A model generated the notes under the pieces. That model did no database searches. It was not told the DNA's origin and saw only the letters and a program-made list of their open reading frames with translations. Below, one piece after another: positions 11,336 to 24,870 of a stretch of DNA of 64,000 nucleotides. Location of the stretch: contig CDROCS010002618.1 in assembly GCA_977020255.1 (NCBI GenBank), positions 1 to 64,000 on the forward strand, in the 5' to 3' direction. The stretch's first letter is position 1, and each line of letters starts with the position of its first letter. Position numbers and translations under genes: made by a program. Source of the DNA: Obrimoposthia wandeli (taxonomy: Eukaryota).

Positions 11336-14300
11336 TTTAGTAAAAAAAATTATAATTCTTTATGTTCAATATATATCTTTAAAAATTGTCTTGTCCTTAT
11401 TGTGTAATTTTCAAATACTTACAATAAATAAAAAGAAATTTAAAAATAATTTACTAAAGATTTAACAACAAAATATTTAAAACAAAAAATTTACTACAAT
11501 TTTTTTATAAAAGATTTCAGAACAAAACTTCTTTTTTTTTTTACAATAAAATGTTTTCAACAAAAATTTTTGAAATTAGTTAATATCTGAAATAAATGAC
11601 GTATGACAAAAACTGTAAAAATATTGAAAAAAAAAAAATTGAAATTAAAACTTTCTTTTTAAAATAGTTTTATTAAAAATTTTGAACAAAAATTTGAAAG
11701 TTTTGTATTTTTTTATATCGACTTTTGGAGGTCTAATAAAATTCAAACTAAGTATTTTGTGTTTTTGAAAAGTAGAAAAATAAAAGATGTGAATGTTTTT
11801 GACCTTGTAATAAATTTTGAAGGTTTCGTACCTTTGAAAGTTGACTCTCAAAGGTCTGATCAAGGTCAGATAACTTTTAAAAGCCCAAAGTTAAAATTTT
11901 GAAGGTTTAAGACCACGGTAATAATTTTTGAAGGTTTTGATGAAGGTGAAACCAAGTGCATTATAATTCTCATTAAGTAGAAAAATAAATGTTTGAAAGT
12001 TTTTGAAAGTTCACCCTTAAATGTTTGATCTAGGTATCTAGTATACAGCCCTAAAGAACTGAAGAACACACACACCTACAGGAAGAAGAATAATAGCATG
12101 TATGACCGGAGAGAAAATCCGTGCAGGGGTGCATTAGACCTACTAGATCTACCTACTTTATCCCACTTCGGATAATTTCCGTCTAAATATGGATTTTTCA
12201 GATTAATTGAGATTAAATAGTAAACTTATTTGAAAGTTTTAATCAATATTTTTGTTAGAAAGAAAAAGATAGAAATTAAATGAAGTACGTTTTTTAATAA
12301 AATGAAACCTCATAACTTAATATTAATTTGATAAATTACACCGATATATAAAATTAAAAACATTTGGATATAAATCGGACTTAATTAGTGCCATTCAAGT
12401 CGATCCAGATTTTTAATCGAGTTCATTATTGTCGCATGGCCTTGACACAGTTAGCAAATTAACAACTTGTCTCTTGGGGTCATACTCGTTGCATTAACTT
12501 TATAACAAATTAAATGTCATGTGTATTATACTTTGTATGTATTGTGATTTTTATTTGAACTTTATGTCAACTCTTAAAACCTTTACTGACAATTTATTAA
12601 AATGGTGCAAATCTATTTTAAATTTTATAACCACACTGTTATATTAATTTTCATTTTGTCATAACAAATAATCGCAAATCTAATCATATGACTTTGAAAT
12701 GGACGGACTTAACTGGGTCAATAAGCCGTCAAAAAGCATTCGAAAATTAAGCTGACATAAAAACTGAAGGACAGTGTACAAGTCATTCTGTACAAGTTCC
12801 CAAAACGGTTCCACAGTCGGTAACTGAAACGTAGAAGAATTTTACTGGGAATGTAACCTCATTGAAGCAGCGTTTCTGGGTATCCCAATTCCCGAATATC
12901 GATGGGCACTGCCCAAATAAGGACAGTCAAGTTTCACGTTCGTGTGAATCTGGTTAAAGGAAGGAAATTCCACTTCAGTGAGTCGATAAAGATGGAACAT
13001 TTTGATTATAGAAAGATCTGCAAATTGGCCGTGAAATATCATCACCAGTGTTTCTCCTTTAACCACTATTTCTGCTTCTATCTGGGAGCAACCCGCCGCC
13101 CTCCCGTGCAGTGCAGTGCTGGAAAACACAGTTGCAGTTGGGGTTTGTTGTTCTGAATATCGACCCTCAGCTGAAGAATCTCAGCCGTCGGAGGGCAGTG
13201 GTTGCAGGCGGGAGAAGTCCGTGTTGTAGAAATGGGATATAGGGATGATGCGTACGGAGGAAATAGACTGACAAAGGAACGTTTGAATCGAATAGAAAAA
13301 TTTATTTTATATTCAGTCAATAAAATTATTTTTTATTTTATCCGAATTCTGTAAGGCTGATATGGACCTTTGCGTATTAAGTAAATTATATTTTTTATAT
13401 TTTTCCTATGGTGATCTTATAAATTATTAGAAATGTACTAAATGAAAAGTTATTAAAATGAGTCATTTGCAGTATTATCATTATTATTAATTCGAAATAA
13501 ATAAAGCAGGGAGTATGGCCTGTCGGGAGAATAAAGGATTTAAGAGCGAATAAGGAAGCAGAAGTCTGGAGCTGTGTGGTAAATGTAGGCGGGAGAGAGT
13601 GTGTGAGACTGGTAGAAAAGCTGTGGCCGTTGGAGATGGAAGCGAGTGAACATAGGTGTTGACAAACCTGGGGTTTGAGTTTGGTCAAGGGGATGGGAAT
13701 GTTGTGACGTCAAGTTGACCGGTTGGCAACTGTCTGATCGTGGTTGGTTTTTCGCGGATGGGAGCGGAGTTGCGCGTTGGCGACTAGTTAAGTGCCCACA
13801 TTAGCTAGTTAATATATGTCGATTGTGGCATTTTATTGACATATTGTGTGAGTTGTGTGGATTGCGGTGATGTGTGGTGGTTGTTGAGGGTTGGTTTTAA
13901 TTGGCTGCTGTGAGATGAGGATATTGATGTCGTTATGAATTGGATTATAATGCTTTCTAATATATGCCCACTGCTTTGCGATCTAAATAGAATATAAAAT
14001 AAAATGTTCATTCCAAGTCAAAAGCATTTTCTTGTGAGCACCTGCCTAGGGTAGCAACTTTCAGGGAGACGCGTAGATTTTGGTCATCGAAATATTATAA
14101 GCAGATTAGTATTTGTTTGTGAAATAGTTAACATTGATATTGTGGGATTTGTTGTGGATAAAAGAATCAAGAATTGCGAATAGTTTATTAATGGTATATT
14201 AAATATCATAGATATAAAAAAATTTTTCTGGTTGCTGAACGGGTGGTTTGTAGTTGGGGATATTTGTTTTTGGAATTTGAATAGCTTTCAAATCTTCGTT

Positions 14301-14354
14301 CGATTTATTCTTATTTTTCTTAGTTTTGCTAATTAGATTATCGACCATGTAATT

Positions 14355-14465
14355 GTGTAATAAGATAAGACATGAAAACTATATTCACAGTAAACACATG
14401 CAGGTACAAATATTCCCTGTAGCAATACACAGCAAGGTGTCTTCTACTTCATGTACTTCAATGGC
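14355..14465 (-). repeat. Dispersed repeat with (TCTTA)n-type tail, possible SINE/LINE 3' end; inverted homologue at 38465-38570
   Basis: taagataaga..aaaactatattca..cagcaatacac..aaggtgtcttctacttcatgta aligns to the reverse complement of 38465-38570. Confidence 0.6.
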
Positions 14466-14749
14466 CATCGGTACATCAAATACATAATTTATTAATATTC
14501 ATAATATTCATCTTTTCAAGCTAATCATCATCAATTTTATTAATATTTAATAAATGTTATTAATTAAATTTTATTTAATTTATTTACAATCTAATTTGAA
14601 ATTAAGTCACGACAATTGACTGTCATACTATTTAAATATGACAGTCAATCTAACACTTTAAAACATCGAGCAATACTTGTGGAATTGAATCAGCGAATTC
14701 TTTTGTAAAGTTTGTAAAACATCGTGAAGTAATTGTGAAATCGCAGCAA

Positions 14750-15215
14750 GTGGGTCGCCCTACACGGTAAGTAGGTCTCCCTACAAGGAAAGTAGGTCTC
14801 CCTACACGGGAAATACGTCTCCCTACATGGGAAGTGGGTCTCCCTACATGGGAAATACGTCTCCCTACACGGGAAGTACGTCTCCCTACATGGGAAGTGG
14901 GTCTCCCTACGCAGCAAGTGGGTCGCCCTACACGGTAAGTAGGTCTCCCTACAAGGAAAGTAGGTCTCCCTACACGGGAAATACGTCTCCCTACATGGGA
15001 AGTGGGTCTCCCTACACGGGAAATACGTCTCCCTACATGGGAAGTGGGTCTCCCTACATGGGAAGTGGGTCTCCCTACATGGAAAGTAGGTCTCCCTACA
15101 TGAGAAATACGTCTCCCTACATGGGAAGTGGGTCTCCCTACATGGGAAGTGGGTCTCCCTACATGGGAAATACGTCTCCCTACATGGGAAGTGGGTCTCC
15201 CTACACGGGAAGTAC
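14750..15215. repeat. 21-bp minisatellite (gggaagtgggtctccctacat), about 22 copies
   Basis: Visible tandem array; gives the CRETHFP and GSGSPYM repeat ORFs on the two strands. Confidence 0.95.
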
Positions 15216-15557
15216 GTCACATTGCAGAGGAAGTAGATGAAATGTTTATCTTGCTCACCCGGAACTGCTTCTCCCCAACTTGAAAGACATGCCGGAAGAA
15301 AGCAAAAGCACGCGGAGCGTGTGTTCGTAGTCGGAAGTCAGAGGAGAGATCGTGAGGGGGGCTCGATGCCGATCCTGAACGGGGGAAGTTGTAGAGATGA
15401 TTGACTTTGAAGTCAGAAAGAAGAAGCGTCTGTGCGGAGTCATTGGCGGAAGGAGAGGCAGTTGCGACTTCAATGCCCAGTTGCAGTGCTCTGCGGATCT
15501 CGTAGGTTGCTTGCTGCAATAGAAATGTAGGGTAAAATTTACACAGAGTTAAATGTG

Positions 15558-18500
15558 CAGTAGATTTTGACAAAATTTGAGACTCTTTACGGGTCATTTG
15601 AATCTTTCTTCTCATTTATACTTTCTCTGATATTTTGAAACATTGCCTAAACATAGCATCAACTAGGCAAAGTTCAAGTTGGGAGAGTTGAATCTCTGAT
15701 TGGCAAATATTTGTCGATTCTCATTGTACATCTCTCTTGATCGGGAATTAAATAAAATATTTTAATATAATAGTTAAATTTCTCTTCATCAGTTAATATT
15801 TCTAAACGTATTAAAAGCAGAAAATATTGTAATTTTTGTAATCAAAAATGCTAATTTGTCGTTTATTAATTAGGACAGTTATTTAGATGGAATTATCGGA
15901 CTTTTTATCCCTTCCGACAGCCAAGGTAGTCATCAGGGTGCATATGGGGTGAATCTCCGTTTTGTGTGAGTGAGTGAGTGAGAGAGTGAGACAGTGAGAG
16001 AGTGAGTGAGNNNNNNNNNNNNNNNNNNNNNNNNNNNNNNNNNNNNNNNNNNNNNNNNNNNNNNNNNNNNNNNNNNNNNNNNNNNNNNNNNNNNNNNNNN
16101 NNNNNNNNNNNNNNNNNNNNNNNNNNNNNNNNNNNNNNNNNNNNNNNNNNNNNNNNNNNNNNNNNNNNNNNNNNNNNNNNNNNNNNNNNNNNNNNNNNNN
16201 NNNNNNNNNNNNNNNNNNNNNNNNNNNNNNNNNNNNNNNNNNNNNNNNNNNNNNNNNNNNNNNNNNNNNNNNNNNNNNNNNNNNNNNNNNNNNNNNNNNN
16301 NNNNNNNNNNNNNNNNNNNNNNNNNNNNNNNNNNNNNNNNNNNNNNNNNNNNNNNNNNNNNNNNNNNNNNNNNNNNNNNNNNNNNNNNNNNNNNNNNNNN
16401 NNNNNNNNNNNNNNNNNNNNNNNNNNNNNNNNNNNNNNNNNNNNNNNNNNNNNNNNNNNNNNNNNNNNNNNNNNNNNNNNNNNNNNNNNNNNNNNNNNNN
16501 NNNNNNNNNNNAAGAGATAGAAACTCAACAGCGTTTCTCCGGCGGCAAGTCTGCATGGAACAATCTCAGTGATGGTCTCGTTGCCAGGGAGCCATAACAA
16601 CAACCAGCACAACATTGCAGATTTCGTGACGCCACTGATTTCCGCTGCCGCACCAACATCCGGCTCATCAGCCGGGATATCGTAGATGGGAGCACCTCTG
16701 ATAACCCCAGCTGTTTCTGTGAGCCTGTCTTTCTCGACTAATGCACCCAGGGTCACCCCAAATACTGCGCCTTTGCCAAGGGACTTTGACCGCTGACGTC
16801 ACCACATTATTACGTCATTTTCCGTCGTTTTGATGTGTTATTTTCTCTAGTTAATTTGTGAAAAAATTCATTTACACTTATTTTTGCTCTGTTCATTGAA
16901 TTTAGATAAAAGCCGGCACAACAGAACAAATGACATTCTAAATTTATTGACATATTTTCAAACATGTGTTAATATTTTTTCAAGAGGCTCAGTCTGTTTC
17001 AACTTAGATTCAGAGAGGAGAGGCACATTTGGAAAAGGCTGATAATTTTTGGTTCCTGCTCTACAGTTTTTCCAAAGATACTATTACTTTTTAACTTGTA
17101 AAAATCTCGATCGAATTTGCTAGTGGCCAAATTACGTTTTTTTCGAATTCTTCTCAATATAGTCTTTAAACACAAAGTTTTGACTGAAGCTTATAGCACA
17201 ATGAATTCGAGTAACTTTCGCTCCCAACTTTATGTAGAATTGAAGAAGCCGCCAATGCACAACATAATTCAACTTGTCTTCATGGGTTAACAATAATTTC
17301 TTAATCTTTGAATTAGGTGGGCATTGATGAACAGGCGCTACTGGAAGATCATCTAATTTATCATGCACATTGGGAGGGATTTTTATGTCCACCTCAACCA
17401 AATAAACGACGTCGGATGAAACTGTATCAACAGTAGCCATATCTGTCATCAACTTATTCAACTGATCCACATCATAAACCCACTTAAAGTTGGCATGAGG
17501 TAGAGGTTGAGTAAGCGCTCACCCATACAAATTATTAATATCGATGTACAGAATCTCCGTGGATTGATTTTTGACAACATGATGTTTGTTGACAAAAGTC
17601 ATTCCACCGCGTATACCATAATCATACATTTGATACATCGCGGGATCTTGCAGTAACTCGATATTAATTTTAAGAGATTTTATTGCTGTTGCCCATGAAA
17701 GACCAGGTAAACTAAAGAAATGCATGGGATCTAGCCCATATTTTGCTAAAGATTTTACACGAAAGGACTCAAAAACATCAGCTAAAAGATAAACGTCTAA
17801 CTTCATATAATAAAGCATATATTCGAGAAGATTTTGACAATTATTCACCCAAAATGTACGGGCCTCATTATAGTCTTGAAGATTTACACCCTCAAATTCA
17901 GTTATGGGTGGGATTTCAGTTGTATTTTCTAAATCTGCGAAAGTTTTCGCAAATTTATACGGAAAAATCCCCTTATCGTTAACCGAAACTGGGAACACTG
18001 ACTGTGTAATTGGCCATGCATTTAAAGATGCCGTTAAATTTTTTAAAGACCCGCTCAAAAACTGCAGAATCTATGAATCTTAAACTGCAGAATTCAGTAT
18101 ATGCAGTTAAAGATAAATATTTCTCTGAAGTTTGAGGTATACATGAAATTTCCCAAGAGCTTAATGTACCCAACGCGTATTTAAGTATATGATGCAAATC
18201 ATATCCTTTGAGGTTATGAAACACGATGGGAATGCGTGGTTTTTTAGGGAGACAACGGCCAAGGTTACAAAGGTTGCACGCCGCTCCCAAGTATCGCCCC
18301 GTAACATGATCGTGATCTCTGAATAACTTAGACTGGGTTCCACACAAATAACATAATCTACAAGAATTAAAATTAACCCAGTCTATGCCTGTCATGATCA
18401 TTGCTTGATGAGCATTGAGATCATACCACGGTTTGACATTTGTTGTTCCTAATTCCTCTAATTTTATCATAAAAACTAAAATACAATTTGGACCGGAAAA

Positions 18501-19087
18501 TTTATGATACTGGGTAATATTGGGGCCTAAGAATAGTAGTCCTGCCGAAGCCGGTAGGTGAATACTCTCATACTGGTCGTGCAATGCTAAAATTGACTCA
18601 AAATCTGCATACACCCTGAATTCCACGGGTATGCATTTTGCCCAATCCCTGAATTTTAAATCCTTATCCTTAGGCATGCTATATAGCGTATTGTCATCAG
18701 GATTCAGTGAACATAATGTCAGATGTTTGCTGTAAGAGAGCTCGGATCGGAACCCATGCAAACATCTATGACACCACTTACACCTTATACTAACCGGTAA
18801 GGCTCCATTATCTAAATTTAGAAGTCGATCTAAATTGGGAATTGCAGCATAATGGAAATTTTTTATTATGTCCGAGCAAAATTAAGTTGACCTTAGTCCC
18901 TTCATTTTTGCTCCTATAAATTACATCTACAAAAGGATTTTTAAAAATTTCTTCATCTGTTACATTAACTGAGATATCAGTATTATATTTGAATACATTA
19001 ATACTCAAGTTATTAAGATGTTCAAATCTTGATATCGCAGTTAATTTAACCGGAAAATCTATTCCATGATACTGCAATTCATTTAAA
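15558..19087. repeat. Near-identical segmental duplication, copy 1 (copy 2 at about 20036-23515)
   Basis: Both start tgacaaaatttgagactctttacggg, contain the same (GAGT)n/N-gap and the same PolB lesions; diverge after ctgcaattcatt. Confidence 0.9.
15964..16520. repeat. (GAGT)n/(GA)n microsatellite spanning an assembly gap (N 16011-16511); second instance 20431-20950
   Basis: gtgagtgagtgagagagtgag runs into the Ns; gaga-type sequence exits them. Confidence 0.85.
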
Positions 19088-19090
19088 GGC
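17040..19090 (-). mobile_element. polB: Maverick PolB pseudogene fragment (endonuclease VII finger, exonuclease, polymerase motifs A and B)
   Basis: RVYADFES (ExoI), CYLCGTQSKLFRDHDHVTGRYLGAACNLCNL (endonuclease VII), VFHNLKGYD (ExoII), YMKLDVYLLADVFESFR (ExoIII), LYIDINNLYG*ALTQP; truncated after motif B. Confidence 0.92.
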
Positions 19091-19109
19091 CCCATAGGGG
19101 CCTCTTCTA

Positions 19110-19634
19110 CTTTACGTAGGTCCGGGTCTCAATATGCTGCTGGTCCTCGGTAGCAGTAACAGTAGCTGCTTGGGGTCTCGGTTTCGTCATTGGAACTTTG
19201 AGTAGGTCCGCGTACTTTTTCAGTACTATTACGTCATCGCCGGGTACAGTTTTGGGCCCCTCGGCAGTCTCGATTGTAGCGGGGCCACCTGGCCATTACC
19301 TCGTAACCGACCGCAGGTCGGTTTTCGGGTACGATTTCTCCTCCTGTCCATGTCGAGATTTCGAACTCTGACCACCACTATTCAAATCTCCCAACAAATC
19401 TGTTCGATTGTTGATAAAAGGTCTCTTTTCGGCATACGAATCTGCTGCTTCCTCTAGACTAATGTTGTTCTTTGCTATTACAAATTTGTCGATAATACCA
19501 GACAGTATCTTTGCGCACTCCTCGTTGACATCATAGTTTCGCAGTAACCCAAAAATATCGTCTTGGGCCCCCTGCAGGAGGTTATAATTACTCCCGTTGT
19601 TTACCTGCGCTTCATTTTTTCTCTTCCTGACCAT
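19110..19634 (-). mobile_element. Unknown ORF, possibly the 5' part of a non-LTR retrotransposon ORF1, interrupting PolB copy 1
   Basis: 112-aa ORF continues in frame past a TAA (..KKYADLLK..RTYVK); SYAE/YAD motifs recall LINE ORF1 linkers; it abuts the PolB break at 19087. Confidence 0.3.
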
Positions 19635-19744
19635 GTCGAAGTTTTCAGATTTTATTATTTTTATTCAGATATTTATAAACAAATTTTTTTTTTTTTTTTT
19701 TTTGTTGGATCATTGATAAAAGGCTCATTTTCGGCACACGAAAC

Positions 19745-19955
19745 TGCTGTTGTTTGTTGGTTGTTGGTTGTTGGTTGGTGTTTGGTGGTTGGTGGTTGTT
19801 GGTTGGTGGTTGGTGGTTGTTGGTTGTTGGTTGTTGGTTGTTGGTTGTTGATTGTTGGTTGTTGGTTGTTGGTTGTTGGTTGTTGATTGTTGGTTGTTGG
19901 TTGTTGGTTGTTGTTTGTTGGTTGTTGTTGTTGTTGTTTGTTGTTTTTGTTTTTT
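19745..19955. repeat. (TTGGTTG)n 7-bp microsatellite
   Basis: Visible array; generates the spurious LLVVGCW ORFs. Confidence 0.92.
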
Positions 19956-21474
19956 TGTTTTTTTATTTTACGTAGTTCCAGGCCTCAATCTTCTCCAGCT
20001 CCTCGGCTGACAACTTATCCAGGATCCCAGTTGTATGACAAAATTTGAGACTCTTTACGGGTCATTTGAATCTTTCTTCTCATTTATACTTTCTCTGATA
20101 TTTTGAAACATTGCCTAAACATAGCATCAACTAGGCAAAGTTCAAGTTGGGAGAGTTGAATCTCTGATTGGCAAATATTTGTCGATTCTCATTGTACATC
20201 TCTCTTGATCGGGAATTAAATAAAATATTTTAATATAATAGTTAAATTTCTCTTCATCAGTTAATATTTCTAAACGTATTAAAAGCAGAAAATATTGTAA
20301 TTTTTGTAATCAAAAATGCTAATTTGTCGTTTATTAATTAGGACAGTTATTTAGATGGAATTATCGGACTTTTTATCCCTTCCGACAGCCAAGGTAGTCA
20401 TCAGGGTGCATATGGGGTGAATCTCCGTTTTGTGTGAGTGAGTGAGTGAGAGAGTGAGACAGTGAGAGAGTGAGTGAGAGAGTGAGTGAGACAGTGANNN
20501 NNNNNNNNNNNNNNNNNNNNNNNNNNNNNNNNNNNNNNNNNNNNNNNNNNNNNNNNNNNNNNNNNNNNNNNNNNNNNNNNNNNNNNNNNNNNNNNNNNNN
20601 NNNNNNNNNNNNNNNNNNNNNNNNNNNNNNNNNNNNNNNNNNNNNNNNNNNNNNNNNNNNNNNNNNNNNNNNNNNNNNNNNNNNNNNNNNNNNNNNNNNN
20701 NNNNNNNNNNNNNNNNNNNNNNNNNNNNNNNNNNNNNNNNNNNNNNNNNNNNNNNNNNNNNNNNNNNNNNNNNNNNNNNNNNNNNNNNNNNNNNNNNNNN
20801 NNNNNNNNNNNNNNNNNNNNNNNNNNNNNNNNNNNNNNNNNNNNNNNNNNNNNNNNNNNNNNNNNNNNNNNNNNNNNNNNNNNNNNNNNNNNNNNNNNNN
20901 NNNNNNNNNNNNNNNNNNNNNNNNNNNNNNNNNNNNNNNNNNNGAGAAAGAGATATAAATTCAACAGCGTTTCTCCGGCGGCAAGTCTGCATGGAACAAT
21001 CTCAGTGATGGTCTCGTTGCCAGGGAGCCATAACAACAACCAGCACAACATTGCAGATTTCGTGACGCCACTGATTTCCGCTGCCGCACCAACATCCGGC
21101 TCATCAGCCGGGATATCGTAGATGGGAGCACCTCTGATAACCCCAGCTGTTTCTGTGAGCCTGTCTTTCTCGACTAATGCACCCAGGGTCACCCCAAATA
21201 CTGCGCCTTTGCCAAGGGACTTTGACCGCTGACGTCACCACATTATTACGTCATTTTCCGTCGTTTTGATGTGTTATTTTCTCTAGTTAATTTGTGAAAA
21301 AATTCATTTACACTTATTTTTGCTCTGTTCATTGAATTTAGATAAAAGCCGGCACAACAGAACAAATGACATTCTAAATTTATTGACATATTTTCAAACA
21401 TGTGTTAATATTTTTTCAAGAGGCTCAGTCTGTTTCAACTTAGATTCAGAGAGAGGAGAGGCACATTTGGAAAA

Positions 21475-24400
21475 GGCTGATAATTTTTGGTTCCTGCTCT
21501 ACAGTTTTTCCAAAGATACTATTACTTTTTAACTTGTAAAAATCTCGATCGAATTTGCTAGTGGCCAAATTACGTTTTTTTGAATTCTTCTCAATATAGT
21601 CTTTAAACACAAAGTTTTGACTGAAGCTTATAGCACAATGAATTCGAGTAACTTTCGCTCCCAACTTTATGTAGAATTGAAGAAGCCGCCAATGCACAAC
21701 ATAATTCAACTTGTCTTCATGGGTTAACAATAATTTCTTAATCTTTGAATTAGGTGGGCATTGATGAACAGGCGCTACTGGAAGATCATCTAATTTATCA
21801 TGCACATTGGGAGGGATTTATGTCCACCTCAACCAAATAAACGATGTCGGATGAAACTGTATCAACAGTAGCCATATCTGTCATCAACTTATTCAACTGA
21901 TCCACATCATAAACCCACTTAAAGTTGGCATGAGGTAGAGGTTGAGTAAGCGCTCACCCATACAAATTATTAATATCGATGTACAGAATCTCCGTGGATT
22001 GATTTTTGACAACATGATGTTTGTTGACAAAAGTCATTCCACCGCGTATACCATAATCATACATTTGATACATCGCGGGATCTTGCAGTAACTCGATATT
22101 AATTTTAAGAGATTTTATTGCTGTTGCCCATGAAAGACCAGGTAAACTAAAGAAATGCATGGGATCTAGCCCATATTTTGCTAAAGATTTTACACGAAAA
22201 GGACTCAAAACATCAGCTAAAAGATAAACGTCTAACTTCATATAATAAAGCATATATTCGAGAAGATTTTGACAATTATTCACCCAAAATGTACGGGCCT
22301 CATTATAGTCTTGAAGATTTACACCCTCAAATTCAGTTATGGGTGGGATTTCAGTTGTATTTTCTAAATCTGCGAAAGTTTTCGCAAATTTATACGGAAA
22401 AATCCCCTTATCGTTAACCGAAACTGGGAACACTGACTGTGTAATTGGCCATGCATTTAAAGATGCCGTTAAATTTTTTAAAGACCCGCTCAAAAACTGC
22501 AGAATCTATGAATCTTAAACTGCAGAATTCAGTATATGCAGTTAAAAGATAAATATTTCTCTGAAGTTTGAGGTATACATGAAATTTCCCCAAGAGCTTA
22601 ATGTACCCAACGCGTATTTAAGTATATGATGCAAATCATATCCTTTGAGGTTATGAAACACGATGGGAATGCGTGGTTTTAGGAGACAACGGCCAAGGTT
22701 ACAAAGGTTGCACGCCGCTCCCAAGTATCGCCCCGTAACATGATCGTGATCTCTGAATAACTTAGACTGGGTTCCACACAAATAACATAATCTACAAGAA
22801 TTAAAATTAACCCAGTCTATGCCTGTCATGATCATTGCTTGATGAGCATTGAGATCATACCACGGTTTGACATTTGTTGTTCCTAATTCCTCTAATTTTA
22901 TCATAAAAACTAAAATACAATTTGGACCGGAAAATTTATGATACTGGGTAATATTGGGGCCTAAGAATAGTAGTCCTGCCGAAGCCGGTAGGTGAATACT
23001 CTCATACTGGTCGTGCAATGCTAAAATTGACTCAAAATCTGCATACACCATGAATTCCACGGGTATGCATTTTGCCCAATCCCTGAATTTTAAATCCTTA
23101 TCCTTAGGCATGCTATATAGCGTATTGTCATCAGGATTCAGTGAACATAATGTCAGATGTTTGCTGTAAGAGAGCTCGGATCGGAACCCATGCAAACATC
23201 TATGACACCACTTACACCTTATACTAACCGGTAAGGCTCCATTATCTAAATTTAGAAGTCGATCTAAATTGGGAATTGCAGCATAATGGAAATTTTTTAT
23301 TATGTCCGAGCAAAATTAAGTTGACCTTAGTCCCTTCATTTTTGCTCCTATAAATTACATCTACAAAAGGATTTTTAAAAATTTCTTCATCTGTTACATT
23401 AACTGAGATATCAGTATTATATTTGAATACATTAATACTCAAGTTATTAAGATGTTCAAATCTTGATATCGCAGTTAATTTAACCGGAAAATCTATTCCA
23501 TGATACTGCAATTCATTAAAAAAGGGGTATATTTACTGACATGCTCTCTATGCTCAGTAATTACATCCCTGTTGAGAATGGCCAACACGCTATACAGAAA
23601 GCAAAGGTTATCACTGTTTTGTACGTTAACAATGGAACGTGAAAGTGGAAGAGATCTAGGTGAAGGAATCTATGAACTCCCCGAAAGATATATCATGTCA
23701 GTGAACTTTGTTAGAACAAAGCTAACATCGTGAATTCTAACTAGAGTCCATCCACTACTTAACTCGCTATAATTAGCTATTTTTTCATACAGGTTTCTTC
23801 CAATTTCAGTTACAAAATTATCATAAAAAACAGTTGCTTTATGTGAAATTACCCAAGTTTTAGTTTCCTCATTGACATTTTTAAACTGCACTGTTGCGCA
23901 AAATTGAACCTTAGCCTGTCCTAATTTAGTCACTTCTGATTTTAAAAGATTTTCAATATTTGAATCTACACCTACGTTTAATAAAATTTCATTTCCTAAT
24001 GGCACCTTAACGATAACATATTTATTATTTAGTTGATACTCTATAGTAGCACCGTTTTCTCTACGTTTTTTAGGGGGGATCTTATTAAGAAATTGGCCTC
24101 GTCTTTTTCTTCCGTTTGTCGCTGACAAACCTCCCCCTAATTGAACGGGAAGACAACTATTTATATTAATAGTTGAGACAATCGCAGCTGAGGTTGAAGG
24201 TGCTGCTATTGTTGATGCTGCCGATGTTGAGGCAACCGTAGCTGATGTTGAAGGAGCTACTGTAGCAGGTGCTGTCGATGTTGATGAGACAGTGGCAGTT
24301 GTAGAGGCTGCATTTGAAGCTGACGTTGCCGATGAAGAAGCGGCTGTTGTAGCAGATGACGATTGTAGAACGGTATTTCCTGAATAAAAAATAAAAATAA

Positions 24401-24870
24401 AATATATATATTAAAAATATATATATATAATTACAATTTACAAAAAAAAATAAAAAAATACCTAATGATGACAATCCAAGTTGAGCTGGAATGAAGTCCT
24501 CTTCATTGATGGAATCCATCCAGCTGTCGTCCGTTGACTCGACGAAATCGGATTCCTCGATGGTGTCCAACCAGCTGTTATCGCTCCACTGAGGCTGCTC
24601 CATCTCGAAATCTGACTGGGTGATATTTTCCATCCAGTCATTGTTTGAGAATTGGGTTGCTGGTGTCAACTCCTCAAAATCTTCTTCGGAGATGTCGTTC
24701 ATCCACTCATTGTTAGACATTTGAGTGGATGGGGCATCAGCAGAATCAGGAGCCGGGAGAGAAGGACCAATGGCAGGACCATAAACTGGTAGACTGACTG
24801 CCACTGGAATTGGAGGTGGAGCTGGAGCGGCCTGCGAATCGCGCACCAATTGGACGATATTCCTCTTCTT
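21475..24870 (-). mobile_element. polB: Maverick PolB pseudogene including its spliced N-terminal extension (intron 24380-24461)
   Basis: Same motifs as 17-19 kb plus N-terminal SSGWTL..GSSYIPSP..VNVQNSDNLCFLYSVLA..GIDFPV..FEHLNNLSINVF. The exon at 24462-24849 splices in frame (TTA G|GA AAT) to a S/T/A linker ending QLGGGLSATNGRKRR. Confidence 0.9.

Noticed and set aside
11640-12030. Repeated tttgaa(a/g)g motifs resembling TCF/LEF sites
   Set aside because: Low-complexity AT-rich DNA; only one full CTTTGAA match noted.
12700-13330. GC-richer block with several short ORFs
   Set aside because: No recognisable motif in any frame.
14690-15240. CRETHFP and GSGSPYM repeat proteins
   Set aside because: Translations of a 21-bp minisatellite, open on both strands.
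15905-16756. Long ORFs spanning N runs (also 20351-21192)
   Set aside because: Artefacts of translating assembly gaps.
17516-17521. In-frame TGA at the conserved Trp of NLYGW as evidence for an alternative genetic code
   Set aside because: The 9.7 kb homologue has TGG, Trp is TGG elsewhere, and other internal stops are TAA/TAG at unrelated residues; this is a simple nonsense mutation shared by duplicated copies.
19563-19975. Hydrophobic LLVVGCW membrane-protein ORFs
   Set aside because: Microsatellite translation.
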